Both the position numbers and the translations under genes were made by a program. From the human T2T-CHM13v2.0 reference genome, Homo sapiens, in NCBI RefSeq assembly GCF_009914755.1, contig NC_060938.1: a stretch of DNA of 64,000 nucleotides, one strand, 5' to 3'. Within the stretch, counting starts at the first letter, position 1; every line of letters starts with the position of its first letter. This document shows, piece by piece, positions 33,606-49,042 of the stretch. The notes beneath the pieces were generated by a model. It was not told where the DNA came from and made no database searches. It was given only the letters and a program-made list of their open reading frames with translations.

Positions 33606-36419
33606 TGATTTCTTATTGCTCACTTACTTTTTTTCTTTTAGGTTAAGATATCCCTGTAGCATTTCTTGTAGGACAGGTCTGGTGTTAATGAAATCCCTCA
33701 GTTTTTGTTTGTTGGAAAAAGTTCTTATTTTTCCATCAAGTTTAAAGGACGTTTTTGCCAGATACATTATTCTAAAGTAAAAGTCTTTTTTTCCTTCAGC
33801 TTTTTAAATATGTCATGCCAGTCTCCCAGCCTGTCAATTTTCCCCTGAAAAGTCTGCTGTCAGATGTATTGGAGTTCCACTGAAAGTTATTTGTTTCTCT
33901 TCTCTCAATGCTTTTAGAATCATTTCTTTATCCTTAACCTTTGGGAGTTCAGTTAAGTGTCTTGAGGTGGTCTTCTTTGGGTTAAATATGCTTTATGTTC
34001 TGTAACTTTCTGTTACTCGAATGTTGATATCAAATGTTGAGGAATTGTTTAATATTATTTAATATTATTTATTTAAATAAATGTTCAACTAATCTCTTTT
34101 TCAACCTCCTCTTTAAGACCAATAACCCTTAGGTTTGCTATTTTGAGGCTATTTTTTAAATTCTATAGGCATGCTTTATTTTTTATTCTTTTTTATCTCC
34201 TCTGACTTTGTATTTTTAAATAGTCTGGCTTCAAGTTCACTAAATCTATCTTCTCCTTGGTCAATTCTTTTAAGTAATTCTGATCCATTCTTCAGTATGA
34301 CAATAGCATTTTAACTTCAGAATTTCTGCTTTATTCTTTTTATTTCAATCTCATTGTTAAATTTATCTGATAGAATTTTGAATTCCTTCTCTGTCTTATA
34401 TTGTACATTTCTCTGAATTACCTCAACCAGCTATTTTGGATTTCCTGTATGAAAGGTCACATATCTCTGTTTTTCCAGGATTTGTCCCTGGTGCTTTATT
34501 TAGCTTGTTTGGTGAGGTAATGTTTTCCTGGATGGCCTTGATACTTGTAGATGTTCATCTGTATCTGGGCATTGAAGAGTTCAGTCTTTATTGTAGTCTT
34601 CACAGTCTGGGCTTGTTAGTGTCCATTATCTTTGGGAACACTTTCCAGGTATTCAAAGAAACTTGGGTCCCATACCCAATGGCAAAGTTGTTTATGCAAA
34701 CACATAGAGGTACTGCCTTGGTGGCCTTGGATTAACATCAAGAAAAATTCTCTTAATTTATCAAGTAGAGACTCTTGTTCTCTTACCTTACTTTCTCTCA
34801 AATCAGCAGTCACTCTTTGTGTGCTGAGACATGTGAAGCTGGGGTTGGGGTAACATAAGCACTCCTGTGGCCACCACCACTGAGACTGTGCTGGTTCACA
34901 CCTGAAGTAGGCACATAACTTGGTCTCACGCAAGGCCCACTGCAAGCACTACTTGGCTACCATATAAGTTTATTCAAAGCCCTAGGACTCTGTGATTAAT
35001 AGGTGGCAAAGACAGCCAGGTTTTTTTCTCTGCCTATAGGGTGGCAAGTTCCCCTAGCCATGAGTGGGTCCACAGATGCTACCTGGGAGCCAGAGATTAA
35101 AGCATAGGATCTTCAAAATTTACCTGCTCTTCTATTTTATTGTAGCTAACCTGGCACTTAGGGAATAAGACAAAGTATTTTCTACTCTTCCTTCCCTTGT
35201 CTGCAGGCAGAAGAGCCTCTTCTATGACTGCCAACGCTACTGACCCATGGTGGGTTTCCACCAAATCATCATCATTTTCTCACTTAAAGCCCAACGACTC
35301 TTTAATTAGCTTGTGATAAATTCTGCAATGCCTGGGACTCGACCTTTGGCCCAGGGCAAGTGCAGAAATGCTGACCAAGAAGACTCTAGGCCTGGACTCA
35401 GGGACTCTAAGAATCCGCTTGGCGCTCTACCCCACTGTGGTTGAGCTGGTATATCAGGTGCAATGCAGTGGACCCTTTACTTCCCCCCCTGCTTTTCTCA
35501 AACAGAAGTCTTTCACCATAGCTACCACAGCTAGAAATGTACTGGGTCACACCTGAAGTTAGCGCTTCTCAGAGTCCAATGCCCATGGTGTATTACCTGG
35601 TTGTCACTGTTTTTTATTCTGGGTACAGGGGTTCTTTAGTCAGCAGGTGATGAATTCTGCCAGGTCTTTACTGACATGGCAGCACTGAGTTTAATGAAAA
35701 GTCCTCCAGTCACTGTGCTCTCCCTCTCCCAAATTCACAGGTTTCTCTGTGTTTTGTGGCTGCTGCTAGGTGGGAGTGGGGGAGTGGTATTGTGAGCACT
35801 CCCTTAGCTTTTCTGGCTGCTGTCTCAGTAGACCCCATTCTCCCCACGCTCCACATTCCACTGGTTCTGAGTCCAGCTCAGAATATGAATTGCCTAATAA
35901 TTGAAGTCCTTGTGGCCTAGACTGCCCTTAAGTTCTCTTAGAGTCCAATAGCATGTCAACTCATGATGGCAAGACTTGTAAAAACTCAAGCTCCCAACAC
36001 TAAGATGGGAGGTTTTCCTCTTTCTAAGGCCAATACAAGTGCTCCCCCCATTGGCAGATGTCAGCTGAGTACAGTCTGGTTCTGCTTTTCACTGTGACAG
36101 GGTAGTACTGAGTTTATTGCAAAGCCTCACAAACTATGCTCTCCCTCTCCCAAACATACTATCTCTGCATGATGTAGCCACTACTGGTGGTTGAAAAAGA
36201 GGTGGCATCTGTGCTTCTAGACCACCTTTTATTTGTTTGTCTTCTCCAATGTCTGTTTCAGTGATATGAAGTTAATACCAGGTACTGTGATTGCTCACTC
36301 AATTTTTGGTCCCTTTGACAGTGCTTCTTGAATGTAGTGAGTTGTGAAAATTTGGTGTTTTTGTGTGGTGGATGAGAATGTAGGCTTCTATTCTGCCCTC
36401 TTATTCTGTCTCTGCCTTA

Positions 36420-37234
36420 AATTTTTTTAGATTCAGGGAGTATTTTTGCAGGCTTATTACATGGATATATTGTGTGATGCTGAACAATGTGGGATATAAT
36501 AGATCCCATCACCTAGGCAGTAAGCATAGCACTCATAGTTTCTCACCCCCTGCCCTCCTCCTTCCCTCCTTCATCTAGTAGTTCTCAGTGTCTATTGCTG
36601 TCATCTTTATATTCATGAGTACCCCCATGTTTAAATCCTTCTTATAGGCAAGAACATGTGGTATTTGGTTTTCTGTTCCTGTATTAATTTCCCTAGGATA
36701 ATGGCCTCCAGACGTATGCATGTTGCTGCACAGGACATGATTGTATTCTTTTTAATGTGTGCATAGTATTTTATGGTGTATATGTGGCACATATTTCTAT
36801 CCAATTTATTGATTCACACATAAGTTAATTCCATGCCTTCCCTATTGTGAATAGCAATATGATGCATATACAAGTGCATGTGGGGTTTCTTTTTGTAGAA
36901 TTTTTAATTTTCTTTTGGATATACACTCAGCAATGGAATTGCTGGTTGAATAGTACTTCTGTTTTAAATTCTTTGAAAAATCTCCAAACTGCTTTTCACA
37001 GTGGCTGAACTATTTACATTCTCACCAACAATGTATAAGTATTTCATTTTCTCTGAAGTCTAACCAGAATTTGTTTTTTTTTTTACTTTTTAATAGTAGC
37101 CATTCTGACTAATATGAGATCGTATCTCACATTGATTTGCATTTCTCTGATGATTAGTGATGTTGAACATTAAGAAAACAACCCCATTAAAACATTGACA
37201 AGGGACATAAGCAGACAGTTCTCAAAAGAAGACA
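36420..37234 (-). mobile_element. 5'-truncated L1PA/L1PB 3' end with a short inverted 5' segment (37172-37234, + strand)
   Basis: Antisense 3'UTR from TTTTAGATTCAGGG...; then sense AACAACCCCATTAAAA...CTCAAAAGAAGACA, the L1 sequence just upstream of the breakpoint. Confidence 0.75.
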
Positions 37235-37235
37235 A

Positions 37236-37652
<417 letters not shown>

Positions 37653-38269
37653 TTAATTGTAGGGATTGACAGTATGTTTCCCCTTCTCTATCTCCTTCCT
37701 TCTTTTGTGATTTTTTTTTCTGATCACTATGAATCCACTCAGCAGAGTAATCTCCATTCTTAATCTGTGTGAATTGTGGTGATGAGCTAGTCAGCTCTCT
37801 TAAAATCACTAACAAAAAAGTTTTAAATTTCCTAGTTAGTAATACATTTTTAGCATGCCACAAGATACTCTTAGAACAAGGACTTCTGGTCTAGGCATTA
37901 CGGACTATGATGATTAGTTCTCTGGATTTCTATAAGCTTTGAAATTAAAAGGTAAAAATCTAAAATAAATTGGACTTCATACTATTTATACATTTATTGG
38001 GTTTGTTAATTATTCCATAGGAAAGCAGATGAAAGGCTTTTGTAGAATTCAATTCTGCTTCACCTTATTTAGGGTTACAAGAAGGGAATTATATTGATGT
38101 AATTGACAGACTGAATTAACCTCAGTCATCACATGTGATTTTTCTAGAGTTTTTTTAATGGTGCTGACATTCTCTTCAATATGTCCATGCTTAGCTTGGG
38201 TTTCTGGGGGAGAGACGAGTAGCTAGTACTAACCATCTAAAACATAATATTCATTAGTTGGAATAATAA

Positions 38270-38825
38270 TGTGATATGATAGTTTTCAAGATGATGCCCT
38301 CAATTTCTTTCTTCCCTGCATGCACATGCTGCTCTTTACATTGACAGCTGGAGTCGAATCTCCAATTTCTTGAATCTGTGCTGGTCACAATGACTTGCTT
38401 TACCAATAGGATGGAGCAGAAGTTGTATTCTAGGACCTCCAAGGCTAGGTCTTAAGAAGCTTTGTAGTATTTGCCTGTGTGTCTTGGGACCAACTACCAA
38501 GTTGCGAGCACTCCAGATAGCATGGAGAGGTCAGATAGATAGGCATCACACTCAGCAGCCAATATGCACTGCCAGCCATATGAGTGACCCGTCTAGGCTC
38601 TTTAGTCTAGTGGAGCTTTCAGGTGAGTTCAGCAGCAGCCAACCAACAGCAACTGCAAGAAACACTCCAAAAGAGAACTTTTGTAGTGCCCATCAACCCA
38701 CAAAACCATGAGAAATAACATTATTTAAAATCACTGAACAAATAATAACAATAAACAATATTAAACAATAAATAATTCCTTAAGTTTTGGAATGGCTTAC
38801 TATTCAGCAAGAGATAGCTAGAACA
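38270..38825 (+). mobile_element. Old MLT1 (G/H-like) LTR
   Basis: GACTTGCTTTACCAATAGGATGGAGCAGAAGT, CCAGCCATATGAGTGA, and end TTCAGCAAGAGATAGCTAGAACA. Confidence 0.6.
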
Positions 38826-40586
38826 AGTACTAAATATTGCACAATACTGAATAAGTGTAAGTTTAGTTGTATAATATACTTCTACATTTTAAAGCCATTG
38901 ACATTTCTGGAAAGAGTGCAAAAGTGAGCACTGATTAAATGGTTTCCAAGAGAAGTTGTCTGTTGTATCTCAACGTCATCATTTACCAATGGGAGCTGCA
39001 TTTTGTTTTTGGAAAATATATATTTTAATGTTCATTTTAAAAAATATACTAACAATTTTTTAGAAAGGCATATGCTATTTTGCAAAAAATTTGAGCAAAC
39101 CAGAGAAGTGTAAACTTTAAGGCTCTAATCATATTTATATGCTATTTAACCCACAAATCCAAAGTCTGATGACAAACATTTTTATCTAATACTGATATTT
39201 GGATAAATAAGTTAAAGTAACAGTTTTCTATTTAAATGATAGGCCTTATAATTGGTATGATGTTGAGATGGCTGCAGTGGATGGGCTCATTACCATAATA
39301 ATATTTTCTCTTTAACAGTTTTTTAGAATATTAAGAGAGAACCAGAGAGTCTAAAACTGGGTTAGACAGCAGTAATAAAATCAGAGTGACACTTACTTTG
39401 CAGCAGCGGGACTGGAATTCTTGCTGTTGGGGTTGGTGGCAGCAAACTCAATTATGGGTGTCTCCTGCTTCATGCTTGGATGGTGTGTTGGAACATTTCC
39501 TGTTTAGAACTTTCTAACACTTCCTGACTAGAGCTGTTTAAAATAGAAACAAACCCCTCTGATTTTGAATTTAGCCTATTTATTGTTATAATTTGTTCAT
39601 ATGTTTCTACTTTTTAGACTGTGGCTTTCTTGTAGACAGAAGTCGTATCTTATACCTCTTTTTCTTCAGCAGCAGTGTGCTTGGCACCGAGTTGAATTGT
39701 CAGGTTCGTTGAGTAAGTAAAGTAAAATTATACTAGAATTAAACTATTAAATTTATCAATTTTTCTCAGAAAATATATAGCTAAGTATGACGTATGAATC
39801 AATTCACTCACTGATTCAACAAACTTTTTTTAAGTGACTACAGTATGCTATGAGCTAGGAATATGGCAGTAAACAAATCTCACCTTGTCTCAAACTTCAG
39901 TGGATCCGGGAATCTCTAGAAGTTTAATTCTTGCTCAATCAGCAATTCCTTTTCACTGAAGACTTGACAAGAAGGTTTGAGAAGGCAAGAGTGTGTGAAC
40001 TCAGCAGATGTTTGTGATGCACCTACTGTGTGCCAGAAGCTGTAGTGTCACAGGGTCTGCCTGTGTCTCCTAGGAAAGGTGAAAACTAAGGACAATATTT
40101 TAAACAACAAATAATGTCAAGTATGCATTGTGATGGAGAGGGAAAGCGCTGGGTCCCAAGAGTATAAAAGGCACTAAGCCTAGCGTGGGGTCCAGGCGTC
40201 TCTGGCATAGTGCCTTCCTAGGTCGTGGTTGTCCCTCCTTGTTGCTCCTGCTGTCTTCTTCAGTTACATCTGCTTCTCTGCTTTTCCTCATTTTACAGTG
40301 TGTGAGACGCAGTCATCTCTGAACAGGAATAGGCAACTGTGCACCTGTTACGCCATGGTTGATGCTCTGCATTGATGTACGCTGGGCCCAGGTTTCCCTA
40401 GTGGACTGCTTGGGCCGTTCTTGTCATCTGGCTCTGAAGTCTTTGTTCACAGAGGTGCACTTGCCAGATGGGGAAGCCAGAGATCTGGGGTCCTCAGATG
40501 AGGCCACTCTCACCCTGCTTATCTTCCCTGACATACCTAACAGATGAAGCTCAGGTGGGCGATGCACCTCAGGCCACAGTGTGGAC

Positions 40587-41114
40587 TGTTGTAACCAAGC
40601 GAGTTATAGAGGAACGCCACACTTTGAGACAAATTAAGGAGTCCTTTATTAGCCGGAGACCGAGGGCAGCTAACGCTCAAAATTCTCTTGGCCCTGAGGA
40701 AGGGGCTGGTTTTGTTTTTATTCTGTGGTCTAAATAGGGGAGAGGGAAGTTTAACTGAAACAATTTTTACAGAAGCAGAGCTGGCAAATAGTTAAGAAAT
40801 TAATTGGTTACAAAAGCAGTTACAAAACAAATAAACAGTTCCAGGTGCAGGGGCTTAAACTATCACAAAAAGAGACATGCAGGGGTTTTGTGTGACTTTC
40901 ACCGAGCGCATCCCCAGGAGCTGCTGGTGCAGCTTACCTCAATATCTTATCAGTAAGTGCATTCCTGGACGTGCTTTGAGTCAGTTTACACTAGTTATGC
41001 CCTTAAGGGAGGGAGATAATGGGGGCTGCACTTGAAGAAAGTAAAATGGAGTCTCTCCGGCTCTCTCTCCACTAGGAGAGAGTCACTCAGGTTAAAACAA
41101 GGTAGGGGATCACA
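40587..41114 (-). mobile_element. ERV1 solo LTR (LTR15-like)
   Basis: TG...CA ends, antisense AATAAA (CTTTATT), reverse start TGTGATCCCCTACCTTGTTTTAACCTGA; 4-bp TSD GGAC; family name recalled. Confidence 0.75.
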
Positions 41115-41676
41115 GGACCATGTACAGTTCTTCAAACTCCAGCTTCAACTCTTTCTAATTGCTCTCTTAGGACAGTATATTTAGATTGGAGTAAATGAAA
41201 GTAGTGTTATTAGGAGATAAGGTTAAAATCGATCCCATTTGTAAAAAGGGAAGTAGATTATTTGTGAACTGTAATACTTTTTTTAGTGAAGAATCACCTT
41301 AAAACTTGGAACCTGGATACAAGATAATTCCTTCATTCTGCAAAAGTTTAGTAGCAAACTATATGCCAGGACTGTGCTAGGTACTAGGGATACATGGTTG
41401 ACTATATAGTATAAGATGCCTTGGAGTGTCAGATAGTTTCATATAAATGGCTTATGCAGTATATAGACAGTGTGGTAAAAAGAGACTACTGAGATGCACA
41501 GAGAACAGACAATAAAGCATCTTTGAATGGTAGATAAATGTGTTTGGACTTTTCACTCAGGGCTGTTGAAGTTTTTGAAGGTCAGTGGTCTCAGAGTTTT
41601 CGTGTTTTCAAGCCCTGCTAAGTACTTTGTTTCTAGCTGATGATTGGCCACCATTACTGATCATCTATTGGCTCTG

Positions 41677-42201
41677 TCTGATTCAGCAATCCCACCACTG
41701 AGTATTTATGCAAAGGAAAAGAAATCAATTTATCAGAAAGATAACTGTACTCGTGTATTTGTTGCAACACTATTCACAGTAGCACAGATATAAAATCAAC
41801 CTAATGTCCATCAACAAATGACTGGAGAAAGAAAATGTAGAAAATATACACAATGAAATACTATTCAGGCATAAAAAACAATAGAATCATAACTTTTGCA
41901 GACATATGGATGGAACTGGAGGCCATTGTTGTAAGTGAAGCAAGCCAGACACAGAGTAAACATCGTATTTTATCACTCATAAGCGGGTGCTAAAAGATGT
42001 GTAGATATTGACGTAGAGAGTGTAATGATAAGGGAGACTCAGCAGGGTGAGGGGATGGAAGGGATGAACAGTGAGAAATTACTTAATGGGTACAATGTGC
42101 TTTATTCTGGTGATGGATACCTAAAAGCCCTGACTTCACCACTATGCCATCCATGCTTACAGAAAAATTGCACTTGGAACCCTTAAATTTATACACAAAA
42201 A
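41677..42201 (+). mobile_element. L1PB-like 3' end fragment
   Basis: CAGCAATCCCACCACTGAGTATTT...GGATGGAACTGGAGGCCATT...CCTTAAATTTATAC plus A tail. Confidence 0.8.
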
Positions 42202-44515
42202 GTCTTAGACCTCTCTCTCTTCTCTCATAAGACTCAGAGCTCAGGGATCCCCTTCGATCTCCTCAGCCTGCTGAGTTTTGATTTTCCTACCTAAGGTGAT
42301 TTTGGGCAGAGACAAGGGAGTGTTTCAGGAAGATGTTCTCAGGCACACACTTCTAAAGAAACATAGGAGGCTCTTCTAGTGGCCTTTATCTAGTCACTGC
42401 TTTAAGCAAGGAATAAAACATCTGTGGCTAAAATTCGTAAAACTGTGTTTCCCACCCACCCTTCAGACCTGAGAGAAGAGATTTTAGGACTTTAAGGGAA
42501 CAGCTTTTTCCTGACCCAAAAGGGCACAGTAGTGCAAAAGCCAACGTCAAGTAAGTACCTTTTCCCCACCTGTAAAATAACTTCCAGGTAGTATTCCCAC
42601 AGCTGGAATCAGTACAATGTTTTGACTGAGGTATTGGAAAAGGCTATGAGCTCATTATCATTTTAACATATGAGTAATGGAAAATTTAGGCAGAATTTTA
42701 TTTGAAAAGTTTATTTATGCAATTTTTAGTTAACTGATTTATATTGCAGTTATTTCAAACAATAAAAATCAGGTCATTGTGTTGTAAGCTAGAAATATGT
42801 ACAATAACACGTGGTCTTGATTATCTCACATAATGAATTGAAGATTAAAGCAAAATAATTTATCTTAGGGAATTTTGTGACAGTTTCTCTTTCACTTTGC
42901 TTTAATAATGACTTCAAACTGTTGTACATATATAGAGAACTCCTGACTAAAGAGAATTTTTTTGACTATTGTGCTATGTTTCTGTAACTTTTTAAGATCT
43001 AGAGGAACATACATTTAGTCTCAGTTGGCCAACTAAATGTTATGGAGTCAGCTTCCGTGTTATGTGCTGAGCGTTGAAGGAATGGTGGAGACAAGGCTGC
43101 TGCCCTCACAGAGTCTACAGAGAAAACCTGATGAATTGTGGCAGGGAACATGCTGGGAGCATCCCAGGATGCCAAAAGCCCACACAGATGGAACACCTGC
43201 CTTAGAACCGGGGAGGGTCAGACAAGGAGAGGTGTCAGGAAAAACAAGGGAAGTTTAATCTGCAGGAATAGAAACACACTTGAGAAATCCATGGGGAATG
43301 AAAAGAGAATGGCTGAGCAGCAGCAGATTGTCAAAAAGGAAATCAAGAAGGAGCAGCCAAAGAGGTTGATGGAGAACCAGGAGAAAGAAGGTAACACTGA
43401 AGCCAAGGGAAGGAAAGTGTTTCAACATTTCTGGGAAAAAATGACATGCTCTGTCTTAACCTTGCTGTTTTATGAGTCATATAGCCACATTCCAGGTTCT
43501 GAGAAGTCCAGCACAAAAGATGTTTCTTTTAGTTTGCTTAACCCAGCATTTGCCAGAATAATCTGGGCTCAGTGTGAGTGTGTGTGCGTGTGTGTGCGTG
43601 TGTGTTCTACTAATATCTCACTGAGGGTAGTGCTCTATACAACATAATTTTTAAAATACTGGTTATATCCATCTTTTTGTTCAGCTGCAGCACTTACAAA
43701 GGTCAACTTTGATCATGTGCCTTCGTTACTAAAGGAAACAAAACAAACTAATGAGTAAAGCCCACCCGGCAGTGGCTCCTCACTACCTGTAGGATGGAGC
43801 CCACCTGGCTTGGCCTGGGTGCCCTGTGCTGACCTGGCCGTGCTGTCTTCTGCCTGCTGCTTTGCCTCCCCTTTCCTCCTGAAGAAGGTAGAGATCCTCT
43901 GAGCTTTGGCCCATCTGGAATATGTGTCCTTCCCCTCATGTGGCCCATGTTTTCCTGAGTCCACTTTAATCTCGTTTAAGGGTATAGAACTTCCCTTAAA
44001 GCTTTTCGTCCGGTCTCACTCTGTGTGCTGTCTTCCTGCCCCTTCTACAATGTACATACTTTACTGATACATTAATTATGCTATACCAGCCAAGGTTTTT
44101 ACTTCTATACCATTTTATATCATCATCTTTTTTCTTAGAACGTAGTTCACTTATTTATTCAGTCTTTCCACAATATAATTGCATGTCATATAATTTCATA
44201 TTTATTTTCATTGGTGTTTATATATCTTTTCTGTAAAAATGGAGGCTTTCTAAATAGATCTTCATTAGTGTTGGAAGAACAAGGTTTTAAGTCTCGGTCT
44301 CAGCCAAAAGGTGTTTCCCGCATTACCAGGAGGGAAAGAAACACTTGCATTGTTGCATTAGATATTCTTACAGAGAAAGAGAACCATGTGTAATGGAAAA
44401 TTGCGAACTTTGCCTCAGGGAGACCAGGTTGATTCACTGAGAAAGTTTGAATTGGTTTAGAAAGCATAGTTCTGAGTTTTCTAGAAGGACAAAAGTTAGA
44501 GTAGGGCATAAGAAG

Positions 44516-46785
44516 TAATGCCCATATCGAAAAATTAGAAATATCTCAAATTAACAACCTAATATCACAACTGAAAGAATTAGAGAAGCAAGAAGAACTC
44601 AACCACAAAGCTTATAGAAGACAAGAAATAACTAAAATCAGAGCTGAATAGAAATTGAGACATGAAAAAAAGTTCAAAAGATCACTTAATCAAGGTTTTT
44701 TGAAAAAATTAATAAGACAGGGCACTAGATAGACTAATAAAGAAGAAAAGAGAGAAGATTCAAATAAACAAAATTAGAAATGATGTAGGGAATGTTACCA
44801 CTGACCCCAGAGAAATAAAAATAACAACCAGCAACTACTATGAGCACCTCTATACACAAAAACTAGAAACCCTAGAAGAGATTAATAAATTCCTGGACAC
44901 ATATACTCTCTCAAGGCTGAACCAGGAAGAAATTCAGTCTCTGAGTGGACCAATTATGAGCTCCAAAAATTGAATCCGTAACAAATAGCCTATCAACTCC
45001 CCAAAAAAGCCCAGGACATGATAGATTAACAAATTTTAACACATGTACAAAGAAGAGGCAGTACCAGTCCTACTGAAACTATTTCAAGAAATAGAGGAGG
45101 AGGGACTCTTCCCCAACTTGTTCTACGAGGCCAGAAACATCCTGATACCAAAGCCTGGCAGTGACACAACAAAAAAAGAAAACTTAAGGCCAGTATCCTT
45201 GATGAACATCCATTCAATAATCCACAACAAAATACTTGCAAACTGAATCTAGCAACACATCAAAAGGCTAATTCACCATAGTGAAGTAAGCTTCTTCCCT
45301 GGAATGGAAGGTTGGTCCATCATGGGCAAATCAATAAAATGTGATTCATAACATAAATAAAACTAAAGATAAGAACCACGTGATTGTCTCAACAGATGCA
45401 GAAAAGGCTTTCAGTAAAATTCAACAAAGCTTCATGTTAAAAATTCTCAATTAAATGAGGTATCAAAGGAATATACCTCAAAATAATAAAGGTCACCTAT
45501 GACAAACTCACAGCCAACATTATACTAAATGGGCAAAATCTGGAAGCATCCTCCTTGAAACCCACACAAGACAAGGATGCCCTCTCTCACCACTCCTATT
45601 CAACATAGTATTAGAAGTCCTTTCTGGAGCAAACAGACAAGAGAAAGAAATAAAGGGTATTTAAATAGAAAGAGAAGTCCAACTACCTCTGTTTGCAGAC
45701 AACATAATTCTCTATCTAAACCCTATAGTTGTGACCCAAAACTCCTTAAGCTGATAAACAACTTCCACAAAGTTTCAGGACACAAAATCAATGTACAAAA
45801 TTTGCTAGCATTCCTATTCACCAAGAAGAGCCAAACTAAGAGCCAAATCAGAGAGGCAATTTTATTCACAATTTCCACAAAAAGAATAAAGTACATATGA
45901 ATACAGCTAACCAGGGAGGTGAAAAATCTCTACAATGAAAATTACAAAACACTGCTCAAAGAAGTCAGAGAAGACACAAATAAATGAAAAATCATTCCAT
46001 GTTAATGGAGAGAAAGAATTAATATCATTTAAATGGTTGTACTGTCCAAAGCTATTCCTATTAAACTACCAATGACATGCTTCACAGAAGTAGAAAAAAG
46101 CTATTTAAAAATTCATATAGAACCAAGAAAGAACCTAAGTAGCCAAGGCAATCCTAAGCAAAAAGAACAAAGCTTGAGGCATCACATTACCCGACTTCAA
46201 ACTATGCTACAGCACTATAATAACCAAAACAGCATGGTACTAGTACAAAAACAGACACATCCACCAGTGGAACAGAATAGAGAGGTTAGAAGTAAGACCA
46301 CATACCTACAACTGTCTAATCTTTGACAAAGCTGGCAAAAACAAGCAATGGGGAAAAGATTCCCTATACAATAAATGGTGCTGGGATAACTGGCTAACCA
46401 TATGCAGAAGATTGAAGGTGGACTTCTTCCTTATACCATACACAAAAATCAACTCAAGATGGATTAAATACTTAAATTGAAAACCCAAAACTATAAAAGC
46501 CCTGGAAGTCAACCTAGACAATACCATCCTGGACATAGAAAGAGGCAAAGATTTCATGATAAAGACACCAAAAAACAACAAATACAACTATTGACAAGTG
46601 GGATCTAATTAAACTTAAAAGCTTCTGCTCAGCAAAAGAAATTATCAATAGAGTGAACAAACAACCTATAGAATGAGGAAAAAATATTTACAAACTATGT
46701 GTCTGACAAAGATGTAATATTCAATATAAGGAACTTAAATTTACAAGAGAAAAAGAAAAAAACCCTATTAAAATGTGGCCAAAGA
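44516..46785 (+). mobile_element. Older L1PA/L1PB ORF2 fragment
   Basis: ORF2 peptides [21 protein letters not shown] and KVSGHKINVQ; truncated at both ends. Confidence 0.88.
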
Positions 46786-48664
46786 CCTGACTTCTGAATG
46801 GCACTTCTGGACCCAGCCAGGGACTGAGGGATCTCACTGCCCTAAAGGAAAGAACACAGGCCTGTCTGGCTTTGCCACCTGCTAATTGTAGAGACCAAAG
46901 GCCTTGAGTGAACATAGGCAGTCGTCAGAAAGTGCATGCAGCAGGACTTGAGCAAGACCCGTGCTGTGCTAGCTTCAGGTCTGATCAAGTACAGTCATAG
47001 TGGTGGTGGCCAGGGGTGCTTGTGTCTTTCTTCTCCCAGCTTTAGGTGGCTTAGAACAGAGAGAAAGACTCTGTATCTTTGAGAGAAAATAAGGGTAGGG
47101 AAAAAGAGTCTCTGGCTAGTAAACCAGAAAATTCTCCTGGATTTTTTTGAAGGCGGTCAAGGTGGTACTTCTCTGAGTCTGGAAGAATTACAGCATTATT
47201 GGGTATAAGGTCCCCCATAAAGCAGATATGGCTTAGACCACAACACCCAACTCTTTTCAAATATTTGAAAAGCCTTCCCAAGAAAGACAGCTACAAATAA
47301 GCCCAGACAGTGAAGACTACAATAAATACTCACCTTTTCTCTCTTTAAATTTTATTTTTTAAACCTCTCATATGGAGCTGCATGCCCAGGATTTTAATGT
47401 CCAGACACTGAAGAACATCTACTAGCATCAACACCATCCAGGAAAACATGACTTCACCAAGTGAACTAAATAAGGCACCGGGGACAAATCCTGGAGAAAA
47501 AGAGATATGTGATGTTTCAGATGGAGAATTCAAAAGAGCTGTATTTAAAAAAAAAAAAACTGAAATAAATTTAAGATAACAAAGTAAAGAAATTCCAAAT
47601 TTTATCAGCTAAACTCAACAAAGAGATTGGAATAGTTACAGCAAATAAAGCAGAAATTCTGAGCTGAAAAATGCAATTGGCATGCTGAAGAATGCATTAG
47701 AGCCATGTAATAGCAGAATGGATCAAGCGAAGAAATAGTGAGCTTGAAGACAGGCTCTTTGAAAATACATAGAAGAGACAAAAGAAAAAGAATAAAAACA
47801 ACAAATCATGCGGACAGGATTTAGAAAATAGCCTCACAAAGACAGATATAAGAGTTATTTTTTTTAAAGAAGATGTAGAGAAAGAGGCAGGGGAGGATCT
47901 AGAAAATAGCCTCAGAAAGACAGATCTAAGAGTTATTGGTTTTAAAGAAGATGTAGAGAAAGGGGCAGGGGTAGAAAAATTTATTCAAAGGGATAATAAC
48001 AGAGAACTTTCCAAACCTAGAGAAAGATATCCATATCCAACTAAAAAATGTTATAGAACATTAAGCAGATTTAACCCAAAAAAGACTACTTCAAAGCATT
48101 CAACAACCGATATTCCAACAATCAAACATAAAGAAAAGTTCTAAAGGAAGAAAGAGAAAAGAACAAATAACATACTGGGGAGCTCCAACACGTCTGGCAG
48201 CAGACTTTACAGTGGAAACTCTACTGGTCAGGAGAGAGAAGCAATAAATATTTAAAGTACTAAAGGAAAAAAACTTTTACCTTAGAATAGAATATACAGT
48301 GAAAATTTTCTTCAAATAAAAAGAATACTGACTTTTTCAGACAAACAAAAGCTGAAGTACTTTATGAATACCATACCTGTCCTAAAGGAATGCTAAAGGG
48401 AGTACTTCGATCAGGAAGAAAAGGACATTAACGAGCAATAAATGATCACCTAAAAGTAACAAAAAAAAAATCCTCACTGCTAATAAGATACAAAACAAAA
48501 CAGAATATTATAACACTATAGATGGGTGGTGTGTAAACTACTCTTATTCAAGGTAGGAATACTAAATAATATCCAATCAAAAGTAATAACTATGACAACA
48601 TTTCAAGACATAGCACAATAAAATATAAATAGAAACAACAAAAAGTTAAAAAGTTAAGGGATGA
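46786..48664 (+). mobile_element. L1MA-type 5'UTR/ORF1 fragment
   Basis: Reverse-complement similarity to the L1MA at ~33500-34900 (both give SHISxxPGFVPGALFSxxGEVMFSWM in antisense ORFs); ends abruptly at GC-rich 5S-repeat sequence. Confidence 0.8.
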
Positions 48665-49010
48665 GCATGACCCGTCCTGAGCCGGCAGATGTGGTGGAAG
48701 CTCTGGAGCTCGGGAGCTCGCGGAAGGACTGGAACGTGGACAGAAAGGAGGCCGCCCCGACAGCCGGAAGTCTGGGAAGGGGACAGAGGCCTCCGGCGCC
48801 CCCCAGCAACAGCAGGGCGGCGCCACATTGGTACTGCGCCAGGCCTGGCCGCCGGTGACGGCGGGACTCTCTGGGAGGCCGGCGGTGCTCGGGTGTAGAG
48901 GGAGACAGCTGCCCGGGGGCACGGGCGAGCGCCTCTGGGGGTCCCGGATCCGAGACCCGCGGCCCCGGGGTGGCGGTGACGCCTGGAGTCGTGCAGGCGT
49001 GGCTGGGCCG

Positions 49011-49022
49011 GGCTCTTGGGTC
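49011..49022 (+). promoter_or_regulatory. 5S rDNA upstream D box
   Basis: GGCTCTTGGGTC at -32..-21 from the 5S start (consensus GGCTCTTGGGGC at the same position); second copy GGCTCTTGGGCC at 51427-51438. Confidence 0.8.
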
Positions 49023-49042
49023 AGCCAGGCGCTGCTGCTGGT

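Noticed and set aside
43138-43647. 169-aa ORF
   Set aside because: Non-ATG start; overlaps apparent L2 remnant and a (TG)n tract; no recognisable family
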